Positions 12,091 through 25,704 of a DNA stretch of 64,000 nt are shown in pieces; position 1 is the stretch's first letter, and each line of letters starts with the position of its first letter. The DNA is taken from assembly GCA_951406725.2 (NCBI GenBank), contig OX597814.1, positions 195,176,001 to 195,240,000 of the forward strand. Direction: 5' to 3'. The position numbers were made by a program, and so were the translations under genes. Source of the DNA: Octopus vulgaris. Its lineage: Eukaryota. The notes beneath the pieces are model-generated. The model saw only the letters and a list, made by a program, of their open reading frames with translations, did no database searches and was not told the DNA's origin.

Positions 12091-12712
12091 TGTAAAGGCA
12101 GCTGTTGGTCTGTTGGCCGTGTGATGTTCATACAGCAACGATGTAGGCAGGCGTCTAGTGGAGATGAAAGCTGAGAGTGGCTGGAGTCTGATACATCTTT
12201 GTCAGAGACGAGTCGCATGTAGTCAGTGGCGTGTGCCAAAGACATAGAACAGTCAAGAACTACGTTTCTTACAGAGAATAGTGGGCTCCCAGGAGAGATG
12301 AAAGCTTTTCCGCCAAGAGCACACGTGATACATTTTAACTCATATGATTAGTTGACCGTGTAATTTGGCAGAGTTGTTTAAGGGGCCATTTGCACCTAAA
12401 ATCTAACCATTCAGAACAATGGTTACAACTTGGTCGTTATAGCTTAGTATTTTCTGCTACGTCCAAACAACAACTATAAATCAAAGGGTGAGAGAATGAT
12501 TTGCTTTCCTTTATTTTATCAATCCGTTCTGTTACAATGGTAATTCACGGAGAGAAAAGGAATCTGAACTTTCCAAATAACCGATTCATATAATAGATTC
12601 TGTTTTTGTTTTTCTTTTTTGAGGCCATTTTAAAATATCAGCTCTTTTTTCTTTCCTCTGTGACATACAAAATTATCTAAATGCATTGACTTAGTTATCT
12701 TTTATCCTCCAT

Positions 12713-13190
12713 CTTTTACTTGTTTCAGACATTACACTGCGGCTATACTGGGACTCCGCCTTGATGAATTTTTAGTCCAATGTAAAAACTCCAGGACTTA
12801 TGTTTTTTTCTAAAGCCCAGTACTTATTCTGCCGGTCGCTTTTGCCGAACCGCTAAGTTACGGGGACGTAAAATCACCAATACCGGTTGTCAAGCGGTGG
12901 TGGGGTACAAACACACACACACACACGTATGAACTCGCATGTGTGCATATACATGCACACACACGCGCATATATATGCATACACATATATGCATGATTGT
13001 TTGTATGTATGTGTGTGTGTATGTCTATGTGCGCGTGCGCGTGTGTGCGTGCGCGCGCGTGTTTGTATAGGTGCTTCCAAACCACATGGTTCCGGATCCA
13101 GTTCCACTGCGTGGCACCTTGAGCAAATGTCATCGACTAAAGCCTCGGGCTAACCAAAGCATTGTGAGTGGATTTGGTAGGCGGAAACTA
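12713..13190. mobile_element. SINE family 3 fragments in opposite orientations separated by CA/TG repeats
   Basis: 12713-12920 matches 9240-9430. 13070-13190 matches the reverse complement of ~9495-9605. Confidence 0.7.
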
Positions 13191-13785
13191 AAAAAAGAGT
13201 ATATTCGGCATATTCTCCTTTATTCGTTCAATAAAAGCAACCACGCAACGGAAAGTGCAAGCAATATTAATGCAATATATGCGGATTGGACAATAAGCAT
13301 AAGCCAGTGTCAACGGTGGTTCCAGAAGTTCCGAGTCGGAAATTGCAGGCTAGAAGACGAGCCTCGTTTTGGAAGATCTATAGAGCTCGACGAAGACGTC
13401 CTGCAAACCCTGGTGGAACAAAATCCCATCGTAACTGTTGAGGAACTAGCTGAAAAGCTTCGATTTGGTCATTGAACCAGTCATTCAAGTCAGCGCTAGA
13501 AAAAAAATGACCATCTTTAGTTTCAAGACGAAAAGTGTTCTTCCACCAGGATAATGCTTGGTCACATACAGAGAAGATGACATTCCAAAGGCTGGAGTAG
13601 TTTGAATGGGAAACGATGCCCCACCCACCATATTCGTCGAACATTGCTCCATCTGGTTATCATTTATATTTTGCAATCTTCAAAATTATTTGGACGGAAA
13701 AAATATGAATTTCGTAGACGAGGTCAGAACAGTGCTGGAGGAGTATTTTTCGTCACAGACAAGTGAATCTTGGAAGAGGGGCCTT
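13190..13785 (+). pseudogene. Decayed mariner transposase (internally deleted)
   Basis: HTH region YIRHILLY...CQRWFQKFRVGNCRLEDEPRFGRS...PIVTVEELAEKL. Downstream frames give FFHQDNA and PHPPYSSNIAPSGYHL (YSPDLAPSD motif). Stops and frameshifts present. Confidence 0.85.
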
Positions 13786-14113
13786 CGTTCACTTTTAGTG
13801 CTGGATCTAAATTCAATAGAATATCTATAGAGATAACAATACATCAAAACAAAATGCTGACGATCACGACTCCATCATAGGTCTGCTCGATTAGCGTTGA
13901 TCAAGGGACGAAAAGACAACCTCTCATTGTCTGACAAACCTCGTATTTGTCTTTTATGAAGAAAAAAAAAAGAAAGAAAAGATCTTCTCCAAACTCAACC
14001 AAAACAATCTTCAAAGAAACTAGGAAACTGGAGTTAATAAAAGAAACAAAGAACTTATACCGATATCGCTGCGATATCACATTCTAAATTACAAAAAAAA
14101 AAAAAAAGTGACG

Positions 14114-14185
14114 TGCCGTGACCAGGATTCGAACCTGGGTTACCACGGCCACAACGTGGGGTCCTAACCACTAGACGATCACGGC
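14114..14185 (-). tRNA. trnH-GUG: tRNA-His(GTG), consensus
   Basis: Exact consensus, long T terminator. Confidence 0.97.
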
Positions 14186-14321
14186 TAACACGCCAGTTAG
14201 TAAATCAGGTTTTATATTACATATATCTAAAAGAAACAAGACAATTAACTAACCTAACAAAAGTTAATTAATGTTTATTCTAGATATACATAATTTAAAG
14301 CCTAACGTAGCGGATCTGTTA

Positions 14322-14393
14322 GCCGTGATCGTCTAGTGGTTAGGACCCCACGTTGTGGCCGTGGTAACCCAGGTTCGAATCCTGGTCACGGCA
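14322..14393 (+). tRNA. trnH-GUG: tRNA-His(GTG), consensus
   Basis: Exact consensus, T run at 14406. Confidence 0.97.
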
Positions 14394-14890
14394 GCTCAGT
14401 TTCACTTTTTTTTTCATATATTTTTTCCACTTATTTATTGATTTTCTTATTTTACTGCAATGTGATATCACAGCGATACCTGTTCAAGTTGTTTGTATTA
14501 CTTTTATATATAATTTTAGACTTCAAAGTTTTTCTAGTCGCGATCATGCCTTTGCTTTTGCAGTGTGGACCAGAATATAGCGTTGTTGATAAATTACTTT
14601 TGTTTTTGATTTCTCCAGGAATTTGTTTCTTCACGCTGGGAAGTAATATTATCTCTAACAATGTTAGGTATTCCAATGCAGTAATTGACTGTTCACGCCC
14701 TGTAAACACACTAATGGCTTGGCGACAACGTGGCTTTGGTTTTCAATCTCACTGCGCTTTACTTTCGGCAAATGGCTTCTACAATAGTCCCGAACACGAA
14801 ATTTCTTTCTCACGAGAGTTCCGGACCCTAGTTATGAACTCATTTGCATACAGCCAATCAGAGCTCAACTATCAAACTAGTGTCCACCAA

Positions 14891-14990
14891 TTCTTCTTCT
14901 TCTTCTTCTTCTTCTTCTTCTTCTTCTTCTTCTTCTTCTTCTTCTTCTTCTTCTTCTTCTTCTTCTTCTTCTTCTTCTTCTTCTTCTCCT
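14891..14990. repeat. (TTC)n microsatellite (tail of short SINE)
   Basis: Seen directly; positionally equivalent to (TTA)n in units B and C. Confidence 0.95.
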
Positions 14991-15048
14991 TCAGGACACT
15001 GCCCGGAATCGAACTCGGAATCTTGGGGTTGGTAGTCCGCGCTCTTAA
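14991..15048 (-). mobile_element. Short tRNA-like SINE head with trinucleotide tail
   Basis: Reverse complement ttaagagcgcggactaccaaccccaagattccgagttcgattccgggcagtgtcctga + (GAA)n. B box GAGTTCGATTCC; the A box is retained only in the 18831 copy. Confidence 0.65.
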
Positions 15049-15978
15049 GATGAAAAAGTCGTAAAGGCTGAAACCGGTACTAAAATGTTCTTCATGATGA
15101 AATTATTTTAGCATTTTTTATCTTGTCCTATTTTCCTTATACATATCCACTCGTGTGTTGCTTTTCAACCTTATACACTCCACCTACGCACATTTTTATT
15201 CTTTTACTTGTTTCAAAGCATTTGACTACGGCCATGCTGGAGTACCACCTTTAGTCGACCCCAGGTCATATTCTTTGTAAGCTTAGTACTTATTCTATCG
15301 GACTCAAGGAGGTCTATATAACGTCCTTGGTTTGTAAAACTGTATATGGTGACGTCCTTTATTATTAATGTACATATAACATAATGCAAACGTGTAGCTT
15401 TTTTGTGCATTTTGTTTGCAGAACGTAAAGAAATAACAGTAATAACATTTAATAAAGTTACTTACTGCAAGTTATGGATGATTCTTTTATGACTTCATTG
15501 CTTTCAGGCTTAGCATAAGGTATTTTCGCGCCGGACATTGCAAAATACGTCTGAATAAATATTGCCAGACAGCAAATAGAAACTCGGACATTGCTTAGAA
15601 AATAATTTCCATTTTTAACCTCGTATATAGTAAGCACTAGGGATTTTGGCCTTTAAATTTTTGGGAAAAAATGCGCATTATACTCGAGGATTTACGGTAT
15701 ACATATTTCGGGGGTGATTGCTCCTTCTTCGAACGCATTGTCTATATATACGTATATATACTTTTGTCTATATATACTTTTGGTGCTGGATCTAAATTCA
15801 ATAGAATATCTACAGAGATAATTATACATCAAAACAAAATACTGACGCTCACGACTCCCATCATAGGTCTGCTCGAGTAGCGTTGATCAAGGGACGAAAA
15901 GACAACCTCTTATTGTCTGACAAACCTCGTATTTGTCTTTTATGAAGAAAATATAAAAAATAGAAGAAATAAAATACA

Positions 15979-16259
15979 TTCGGCATTCTTTCGATATAAC
16001 TCGACAAAATCAAAGCATTTCACTTCGGGTATTTCCGTAGCAGCAAATGATAGTTCAATTCTGTTTTCTTCTTGGAAATTTGCGGATTTTACATACACAC
16101 ATGGAACAGGTAAGAACAAATATGAAAGGCTTTTGTTTCCTTCAAGTTTAAAATAAGACATTGCTGGCATAATTTCGTTATATCTATACTCCACAACCCA
16201 CGGAAACAATCGAAGTGAAATGTTTTGATTTTGTCGAGTTATATCGAAGGAATGCCAAA
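15979..16259. mobile_element. ~280 bp MITE (unit B)
   Basis: Same TIRs as 10201-10481; absent from unit A at ~13980. Confidence 0.75.
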
Positions 16260-16399
16260 TATTCTCCAAACCCAACGAAAGCAATCTTGCAATCTTCAGA
16301 GAAACTAGGAAACTGGAGTCAATAAAAGAAACAAAGAACTTAAACCGATATCGCTGCGATATCACATTGTAGATTACTAAAAAAAAAAAAAAAGTGACG

Positions 16400-16471
16400 T
16401 GCCGTGACCAGGATTCGAACCTGGGTTACCACGGCCACAACGTGGGGTCCTAACCACTAGACGATCACGGC
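16400..16471 (-). tRNA. trnH-GUG: tRNA-His(GTG), consensus
   Basis: Exact consensus. Confidence 0.97.
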
Positions 16472-16610
16472 TAACACGCCTGCTTGTGAAGCAGGTTTTA
16501 TATTACGTATATCTAAAAGAAACAAGACAATTAACTAACCTAACAAAAGTTAATTAATGTTTATTCTAGATATACATAATTTAAAGCCTAACGCAGCAGC
16601 GGATCTGTTA

Positions 16611-16682
16611 GCCGTGATCGTCTAGTGGTTAGGACCCCACGTTGTGGCCGTGGTAACCCAGGTTCGAATCCTGGTCACGGCA
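16611..16682 (+). tRNA. trnH-GUG: tRNA-His(GTG), consensus
   Basis: Exact consensus. Confidence 0.97.
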
Positions 16683-17193
16683 GCTCAGATTCTTTTATTT
16701 CTTTTTTCGTATATTTTTTCTCCTCTTTTATTGATTTTCTTAATTTACTGGAATGTGATATCACAGCGATACCAGTTCAAGTTGTTTGTGTTACTTTTAT
16801 ATATAATTTTAGACTTCAAAGTTTTTCTAGTCGCGAGCATGGCTCTGCTTTTGCAGTGTGGACCGGAATATAGCGTTGTTGACAAATTACTTTGTTTTTG
16901 ATTTCTCCAGGAAATTGTTTCTTCACGCTCGTATCTCTAACAATGTTAGGTATTCCAATGCAGTAATTGACTGTTCACGCCCTGCAAACACACTAATGGC
17001 TTGGCGACCACGTGGTTTCGGTTTTCAATCTCACTATGCGGTACCTTCGGTAAATGCCTTCTACAATAGTCCCGAACACGAAATTTTTTTCTCACGAGAG
17101 TTCCGGACCCCAGTTATGAACTCATTTGCATACAGCCAATCAGAGCTCAAATATCAAACTAGTGTCGACCTATTATTATTATTATTATTATTA

Positions 17194-18891
<1,698 letters not shown>

Positions 18892-19799
18892 TTAAGCTGA
18901 AAAAGTCGCAAAGTCTGAAACCGGTACTAAAATGTTCATAATAAAATTATTTTGGCATTTTTTATCTTGTCCTATTTTCCTTATACATATCTACTCACGT
19001 GTTGCTTTTCAACCTTATACACTCCACCCACACACATTTTTATTCTTTTACTTGTTTCAGGCATGGAGTACCACCTTTAGTCGACGCCAGGTCATATTCT
19101 TTGTACTTATTCTATCGGACTCAATGAGCTCTATATAACGTCCTTGGTTTGTATAACTGTATATGGTAACGTCCTTTATTATTAATGTACATATAACATA
19201 ATGCAAACGTGTAGCTTTTTTGTGCATTTTGTTTGCAGAAAGTAAAGAAATAACAGTAATAACGTTTAATAATGTTGCTTGCTGAAAATTATGGTTGATT
19301 CTTTTATGACTTCATTGCTTTCAGGCTTAGCTTAAGGTATTTTCGCGCCGGACAACACAAAATGCGTCTGAATAAACATTGCCGGACAGCAAATAGAGAT
19401 TCGGACATTGCTTATAAAATAATTTTCAATTTTAACCTCATATATAGCACGCACTAGGGATTTTGACCTTTAAATTTTGGGAAAAAAATGCGGATTATTA
19501 CTCGAGGATTTACGGTATATATATATTTCGGGAGTGATTGCCCCTTCTTCGAACGCATTGTCTACATATACGTATTCGTGTACGAAACGTCGTTAACTTT
19601 TGGTGCTGGAGCTAAATTCAGTAGAATATTTACAGAGATAACTATACTTCAAAACAAAAGACTGTCGATCACGACTTCATAATAGGTCTGCTCGATTAGC
19701 GTTGATCAAGAGACGAAAAGACAACCTCTTATTGCCTGATAAACCTCGTATTTGTCTTTTATGAAAAGAAAAAAAAAAAAAAAGAAGAAATAAAAAATA

Positions 19800-20080
19800 T
19801 TCGGCATTCTTTCGATATAACTCGACAAAATCAAAGCATTTCACTTCGGGTATTTCTGTGGAAGCAAATGACAGTTCGATTCTGTTTTCTGCTTGGAAAT
19901 TTGCGGATTTTACATACACACATGAAACAGGTAAGAACAAATATGAAAGGCTTTTGTTTCCTTCAAGTTTAAAATAAGACATTGCTGGCATAATTTCGTT
20001 ATATCTATACTCCACAACCCACGGAAACAATCGAAGTGAAATGTTTTGATTTTGTCGAGTTATATCGAAGGAATGCCAAA
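19800..20080. mobile_element. ~280 bp MITE (unit C)
   Basis: Same TIRs as the other copies. Confidence 0.75.
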
Positions 20081-20218
20081 TATTCTCCAAACCCAACGAA
20101 AGCAATCTTGCAATCTTCAGAGAAACTAGGAAACTGGAGTCAATAAAAGAAACAAAGAACTTAAACCGATATCGCTGCGATATCACATTGTAAATTACAA
20201 AAAAAAAAAAAAATGACG

Positions 20219-20290
20219 TGCCGTGACCAGGATTCGAACCTGGGTTACCACGGCCACAACGTGGGGTCCTAACCACTAGACGATCACGGC
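20219..20290 (-). tRNA. trnH-GUG: tRNA-His(GTG), consensus
   Basis: Exact consensus. Confidence 0.97.
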
Positions 20291-20433
20291 TAACACGCCT
20301 GCTTGTGAAGCAGGTTTTATATTACGTATATCTAAAAGAAACAAGACAATTAACTAACCTAGTAAAAGTTAATTAGTTTGTTTGTTCTAGACATACATAA
20401 TTTAAAGACTAACGTAGCAGCGGAGATCTGTTA

Positions 20434-20505
20434 GCCGCGATCGTCTAGTGGTTAGGACCCCACGTTGTGGCTGTGGTAACCCAGGTTCGAATCCTGGTCA
20501 CGGCA
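20434..20505 (+). tRNA. trnH-GUG: tRNA-His(GTG) variant (2 substitutions)
   Basis: GCCGCGA acceptor mismatch; TGTGG anticodon-stem wobble. Confidence 0.8.
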
Positions 20506-20940
20506 GCTCAGATTCTTTTATTTCTTTTTTCGTATATTTTTTCTCTTCTTTTATTGATTTTCTTAATTTACTGTAATGTGATATCACAGCGACACCTTGT
20601 TCAAGTTGTTTGTTTTATAATTTTAGACTTCAAAGTTTTTCTAGTCACTAGCATGACACTGTTTTTGCAGTGTGGGCCGGAATATAGTGTTGTTCTTGAT
20701 TTCTCCAGGAATTCTTCACGATGGGAAGTAATCGTATCTCTAACAATGTTAGGTATTCCAATGCAGTAATTAACTGTTCACGCCCTGTAAACACACTAAT
20801 GGCTTGGCGATCACGTGGTTTCGGTTTTCAGTATCACTGCGAAATGCCTTCTACAATAGTCTCGGACACGAAAGTTTTTTTCCCACGAGAGTTCCAGACC
20901 CCAGTTATGAACTCATTTGCATACAGCCAATCAGAGCTCA

Positions 20941-21020
<80 letters not shown>

Positions 21021-21586
21021 ATTCAGTAGTTTTATTTTTATAGCGTGCTTTCACTTCACTACCGAGCGCAGCTCTGTGTGCCTTGGGTATGTGCTGTGAT
21101 TTGTTGTGATGCTCTGATGGTTATTGTATGGAAAGTGTTCTGCGTAGGATGTGTGCAGTGCCTAGTAGTGCAATTTTCTGTATGTTATATGTGTTTGTAA
21201 GTCCTGGTGTTTTTGTTATGTATTTGTCTGAATATTTTTTTATCATGCCTAATGCACCTACTATGATAGGAATTGTTTCTGTTTTCAGATTCCACATTCT
21301 AGTTACCTCTATTTCCAGGTCTTTGTATTTTGAGAGTTTCTCCATTTCTTTTGGAGACACGTTGTCATCAGCCGGTATTGATACATCAATTAGAAAGCAT
21401 TTTTTTTCTTCATGATCTCTGACAACTATATCTGGTCTGTTGGCCTTAATTTCTCTATCTGTGTGTATCGGCATATCCCAGAGTATGGTTGCTTTCTCGT
21501 TTTCTGTCACCTTTTCTGGTGTGTGCCTATACCATCTTTTTTCTGTTGTTATTCCATAATGTTGGCATAGCTTCCAATGTATGTAG

Positions 21587-21587
<1 letters not shown>
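21021..21587 (-). mobile_element. Heavily 5'-truncated R4/Dong-like element, family B, within (TAA)n
   Basis: Distinct 3' UTR; (TTA)n at 20944-21018 and 21588-21875. Confidence 0.88.
21121..21587 (-). CDS. Partial restriction-like endonuclease domain (family B)
   Basis: YIHWKLCQHY...ILWDMPIHTDREIKANRPDIVVRD...LIDVSIP...EKLSKYKDLEIE...IPIIVGALG: homologous to family A but clearly diverged. Confidence 0.75.
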
Positions 21588-21660
<73 letters not shown>

Positions 21661-21675
21661 CATCATCATTATTAC

Positions 21676-21744
<69 letters not shown>

Positions 21745-21755
21745 CATTATTATCA

Positions 21756-21830
<75 letters not shown>

Positions 21831-21875
21831 TTATTATTATTATTATCATTATTATTATTATTATTATTATTATTA
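21588..21875. repeat. Long (TTA)n/(TCA) microsatellite
   Basis: Seen directly. Confidence 0.95.
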
Positions 21876-22047
21876 CTTTTTTTTTCTTTCAAATTTGCTT
21901 CCATTTCTTGCCGAGTGTCTTCCCGACTCCTAGGGCAAAGAAACTCATAGTATACATTGGTAGGCCATTAAACCAAACTCAATAGTTCGTTCATATTTTT
22001 TTTTATTTTTTTAAAGTTAAATTAAAATACATGAGCAGCAACAGTTC

Positions 22048-22838
22048 TCACATCGACAATGCTCTTCTCAATACGTGTGATGTACCAGTTAAGACAATCT
22101 TTTGCACTTCTTGCAGGGATGGTAAGCCAGGGATCATTCTCATATAATTTTCGGTTCCCTTCTTGATCATTCCTAGTGCTCCTACGATCACTGGTATTGT
22201 AACCGCCTTGAGATGCCACATTTTCTCAATTTCAATGAGTAGGTCTTTATATTTTCTGAGCTTGTCAAACTCTTTCGCTGAGATATTATGATCACAGGGG
22301 ATGCTCATGTCGATCAATAAGCAAACTTTATTGTTTTGGTCTTTCACAACAATATCTGGTTTATTGGCCTTGATTGTTCGGTCTGTATGTACTGGAAAGT
22401 CCCACAGAATGGTTACATTTTCTCCTTCAGTTACAGCCTCAGGGTGGTGATTATACCACTTGTCGGCAGTTTTGATATTGTAATGCCGACTTATTAGCCA
22501 GTGGAGATATTGGCCAACTCTGTCATGTCTTAATTTATACTCCACTGGTGCTAAGACTTTACATCCAGAGATTAGGTGGTCCACTGTTTCAATCATGTCG
22601 TTGCAGAATCGGCATTTTGGGTCTGCCCCATTTTTCATCACATTGGCCTGGTAGTTCCGGGTTAATAGGCTTTGATCTTGAGCAGCCAGGATGAAACCTT
22701 CGCTCTCTGCTTTTAGCCCTGAGCTCCGTAGCCACTGATGGGTTTGCTTCTGGTCAACATCAGCTTGTTTGCTGCGGGTCACATATTTGCCGTGCAGAGG
22801 TTTCTCCTCCCACCTACCAGCCAATTGCTCGTGCGCTT
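22048..22838 (-). CDS. C-terminal CCHC + RLE endonuclease frame after the frameshift
   Basis: Same protein as the 17378 ORF; joined to the upstream frame by restoring one T at 22837-22841. Confidence 0.8.
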
Positions 22839-25682
22839 TTTCATTGCCATCATTTTCACCTTCTTTGCAACAATAGTTGCCGTACTTCCCTCGGGTTGTT
22901 CAGTTTGGGTATCCTGCACGAGATCAATAGCAAATTTTTTGCTTTCCTTTATGATAGAATGAAGCTTCTTTCGTCTCTCGTGATTTTCCACGAGCTTTAG
23001 CATCCAGTCATTCAATATTTCGAGATATTTGGCCAGTCCAATTGTGGTTGTTTTGTAAGCTAGTTCAAATTGGATCAGGCCTCGACCTCCTTGGGCTCTG
23101 GGAAGGTAAAGGCGATCTACGTCTGCCTTTAGGTGGTGCATCTTATTACAACCCAGCAGCTTGCGTATTTTTCTATCTATATTCTTTACTTCACTCATAT
23201 TCCAGTTCAACACATTGTAGCTATAAGTAACAACTGGAACTGCTAAGGAATTTATAGCTAACACCTTGTTACGTGCATTTAGTTCAGATTTCAGGACTGC
23301 ACGAACTCTCCTATAACATTCCTTCCTGATTTTCTCTTTCATGCTTGCATGCTGAATACCAGAGCCTTCATTTATCCCTAAATATTTGTATGTTTGTTCT
23401 TGCTCAAGCTCTCTTATGACTGTGTCAACATCTAACACGACTGAATTTGTGGTCTTCACTTTCCCTTTCTGGAAAGTGGCCTTGGCACACTTCTCAAGTC
23501 CAAACTCCATCCCGATGTCATCGCTGAATGCTTTCACGGTGCGCAATAGGCCTTCAAGTTCATTATTGTCTTTACCATAAAGTTTTAAGTCATCCATATA
23601 AAATAGATGGCTTATTTTTTTATTGGCAATTTTATACCCATACCCTGTTCTGTTTAATTCACTTGTAAGGGGTATTAGGGCTATGCAGAATATTAAAGGT
23701 GAAAGTGAGTCACCTTGAAAAATTCCACAGTTGATGTTTATATTTTCTGAGGCAAGTACTCCATTAGAGTGGTATAATTGGAGATTCGTATTCCACAACG
23801 ACATATTGTGCTTCAGGAAGTTTGAAATCACAGGGGAAATTTTGAAGATGTCCAGCGATCTCAAGATCCATGGATGCGGTATACTGTCGAAGGCCTTTTT
23901 GTAGTCAATCCATGCGGTGCTGAGATTTCTGCGCTTGTTGCGACAGTTCTCAAGGATCATACGATTGATTAGCAGTTGATCTTTGCATCCGTAAGAGCCT
24001 CGGCGGCACCCTTTTTGTTCAGTGGGGAAAATATCGTTTTTCTCCATGAATGCATATGTTTTCTCCGCCAGGATAGATGTTAGGATTTTATACGTGGTGG
24101 ATAGACAGGTTATAGGCCGATAGTTTTTTGGAAGGTTAGTTTCGTTATTCTTTGGGAGTAGGTAAGTAATGCCACTTGCTAACCATTCAGGTGTTTTCTT
24201 TGGGTCTCTCATAATTCCATTGAGCAGCTGAACTAGCTTACCGTGTGCGCATGGGAGCGATGCGAGCCAGAAATTCGGCACCCTATCTTTACCGGGGGAT
24301 TTCCAATTATGGGCCTTCGTGAGTGCCTTTCTTAGGTCTGCTATTGTGATGTCTTCCCATGCTTGTTGTTGTAAATTTTGGTAGGATCCTTCAGTTTGTA
24401 TAATCCAGTCTGCATTTATGTTGTACGTCTTCTTGTCACTCCAAATCCTTTTCCAAAAGTTTTGAACTTCTTCCATGGGAGGGGGGTCTTTAACGATTAC
24501 TTTCTCCTTCCCTATTTCTCTGTAGAATTTTTTGGCATTGGATGTGAACAGCTTATTTTGCTTGTAAAACTTGTTTCTCTTCTCAAATCTTCGTATTCTT
24601 TGGGCTTTTGCTTGGACTTTTTGTTTCAGCGTTTCTTTTATTGATATCAGTTCTTCTCTTGGTGAGGATCCAAATTTTCTCTTCATCTTTCTTCCTGTTC
24701 TGGATCTTACATCATTTCCACATATTAGTTCATTTAATATTGATGTTTCCCCTCTCATAAATTCAATCTCTTTTTCAATTTTACTTCTCCAGGTTTGATT
24801 TCTTCCCAGGTTTTGTTTTCTTTGTTTTTTCGGGGGCATACAGCTGGTTTCAATTGCCCTAGCAGAAGCGTAAATAATTTCATTTAACTCAGTAAAATCA
24901 GGTTTTAATTCTCGTATTATTTCATTTGTTACATAGTTGCCAATTTGGATTTGTTTTTTATTTTGGTTTGTATTTGAGAGTTTATGAAGTGGTTCTCTAT
25001 CATTCATACTTGTATGTCTTACAACTTCAAGCGTATTCAGGATTTTCTGCCTCATTTCTGCCATAGACTCTCTGTGTTCTTCAGCAAATGTGAGATCTTC
25101 AGTTACTGTTGTTTTTTCGTTTTCCTGGCTATCTTTAACAGGTACAATAGAATTTCTTGTATCTTCAGGCCTTTGCGTACTTTGGTCAGATGGCAGTCTT
25201 TCAATTAAGCCTCGTGGCGGGCTATACTGTTCATCTGATTCTTCATTCCCTTTGTGTCTTATATTTATGTCATTTTCCGTTGCGTGCTTGATCGCGCTTA
25301 TTTCACTGTCTGTGAGTCTGTTATTTCTAAGGATATCCCTCCTCACATTTGCTAATTTGTTCTCGTCCAAATAGGGCCTACTGTCTTGATTCCGTGTTCT
25401 CCATATACTGTAAGAGTTTGCGGTGTCTCTCTCTTGAGATGGCCTACCTAATGCATAGTAATAAGCGTATATTACTTCTTTATACTCTTCTCGGGTCCAT
25501 TTGTTCCGCTTACATTTTTCTTTCTGTGGTGGTTGTGGTGGTGAACTTGGAGGGCTCGAGTTGGGGGATTTCCCGTTCAAGTGACCATCCATGTCCGTAT
25601 TCGGAGAAGAGTTTGTGCCAGTTGATGACTTTTCGATCCCAGGCTGGCTCTTCCCTGGGGGACGCGCTTCCAGATTAACCAT
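22779..25682 (-). CDS. Reverse transcriptase of R4/Dong-like element
   Basis: KSPGKD, NYRPITCL, EQKGC, WIDYKKAFDSIPH, GIFQGDSLSP, LFYMDDLKLY, YKYLG. Likely start MVNLEARPP at 25682; the frame is open to 25805. Confidence 0.92.
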   Translation of the reverse strand: MVNLEARPPGKSQPGIEKSSTGTNSSPNTDMDGHLNGKSPNSSPPSSPPQPPQKEKCKRNKWTREEYKEVIYAYYYALGRPSQERDTANSYSIWRTRNQDSRPYLDENKLANVRRDILRNNRLTDSEISAIKHATENDINIRHKGNEESDEQYSPPRGLIERLPSDQSTQRPEDTRNSIVPVKDSQENEKTTVTEDLTFAEEHRESMAEMRQKILNTLEVVRHTSMNDREPLHKLSNTNQNKKQIQIGNYVTNEIIRELKPDFTELNEIIYASARAIETSCMPPKKQRKQNLGRNQTWRSKIEKEIEFMRGETSILNELICGNDVRSRTGRKMKRKFGSSPREELISIKETLKQKVQAKAQRIRRFEKRNKFYKQNKLFTSNAKKFYREIGKEKVIVKDPPPMEEVQNFWKRIWSDKKTYNINADWIIQTEGSYQNLQQQAWEDITIADLRKALTKAHNWKSPGKDRVPNFWLASLPCAHGKLVQLLNGIMRDPKKTPEWLASGITYLLPKNNETNLPKNYRPITCLSTTYKILTSILAEKTYAFMEKNDIFPTEQKGCRRGSYGCKDQLLINRMILENCRNKRRNLSTAWIDYKKAFDSIPHPWILRSLDIFKISPVISNFLKHNMSLWNTNLQLYHSNGVLASENININCGIFQGDSLSPLIFCIALIPLTSELNRTGYGYKIANKKISHLFYMDDLKLYGKDNNELEGLLRTVKAFSDDIGMEFGLEKCAKATFQKGKVKTTNSVVLDVDTVIRELEQEQTYKYLGINEGSGIQHASMKEKIRKECYRRVRAVLKSELNARNKVLAINSLAVPVVTYSYNVLNWNMSEVKNIDRKIRKLLGCNKMHHLKADVDRLYLPRAQGGRGLIQFELAYKTTTIGLAKYLEILNDWMLKLVENHERRKKLHSIIKESKKFAIDLVQDTQTEQPEGSTATIVAKKVKMMAMKKRTSNWLVGGRRNLCTANM

Positions 25683-25704
25683 AGGACAAGCGATTTGGTA
25701 TACT

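Larger units (their letters stand above)
21876..25700 (-). mobile_element. Near full-length R4/Dong-like non-LTR retrotransposon (family A)
   Basis: Single long RT + RLE ORF broken by one frameshift. 3' UTR ends in an A-rich tract and (TAA)n. 5' boundary approximate. Confidence 0.93.

Noticed and set aside
14336-15064. Repeated ORF family starting MVRTPRCGRGNPGSNPGHG
   Set aside because: This is the tRNA-His sequence read in frame from a GTG; the downstream parts are AT-rich flank and microsatellite.
21489-21950. Poly-Leu/Tyr/Ile/Asn ORFs, and similar YI, SL and ER ORFs elsewhere
   Set aside because: Translations of (TTA)n, (TA)n, (CT)n and (GA)n microsatellites.
22779-22845. Programmed ribosomal frameshift between the RT and endonuclease ORFs
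   Set aside because: The sister copy has a continuous frame and R4-clade elements have one ORF; a 1-bp indel explains it.
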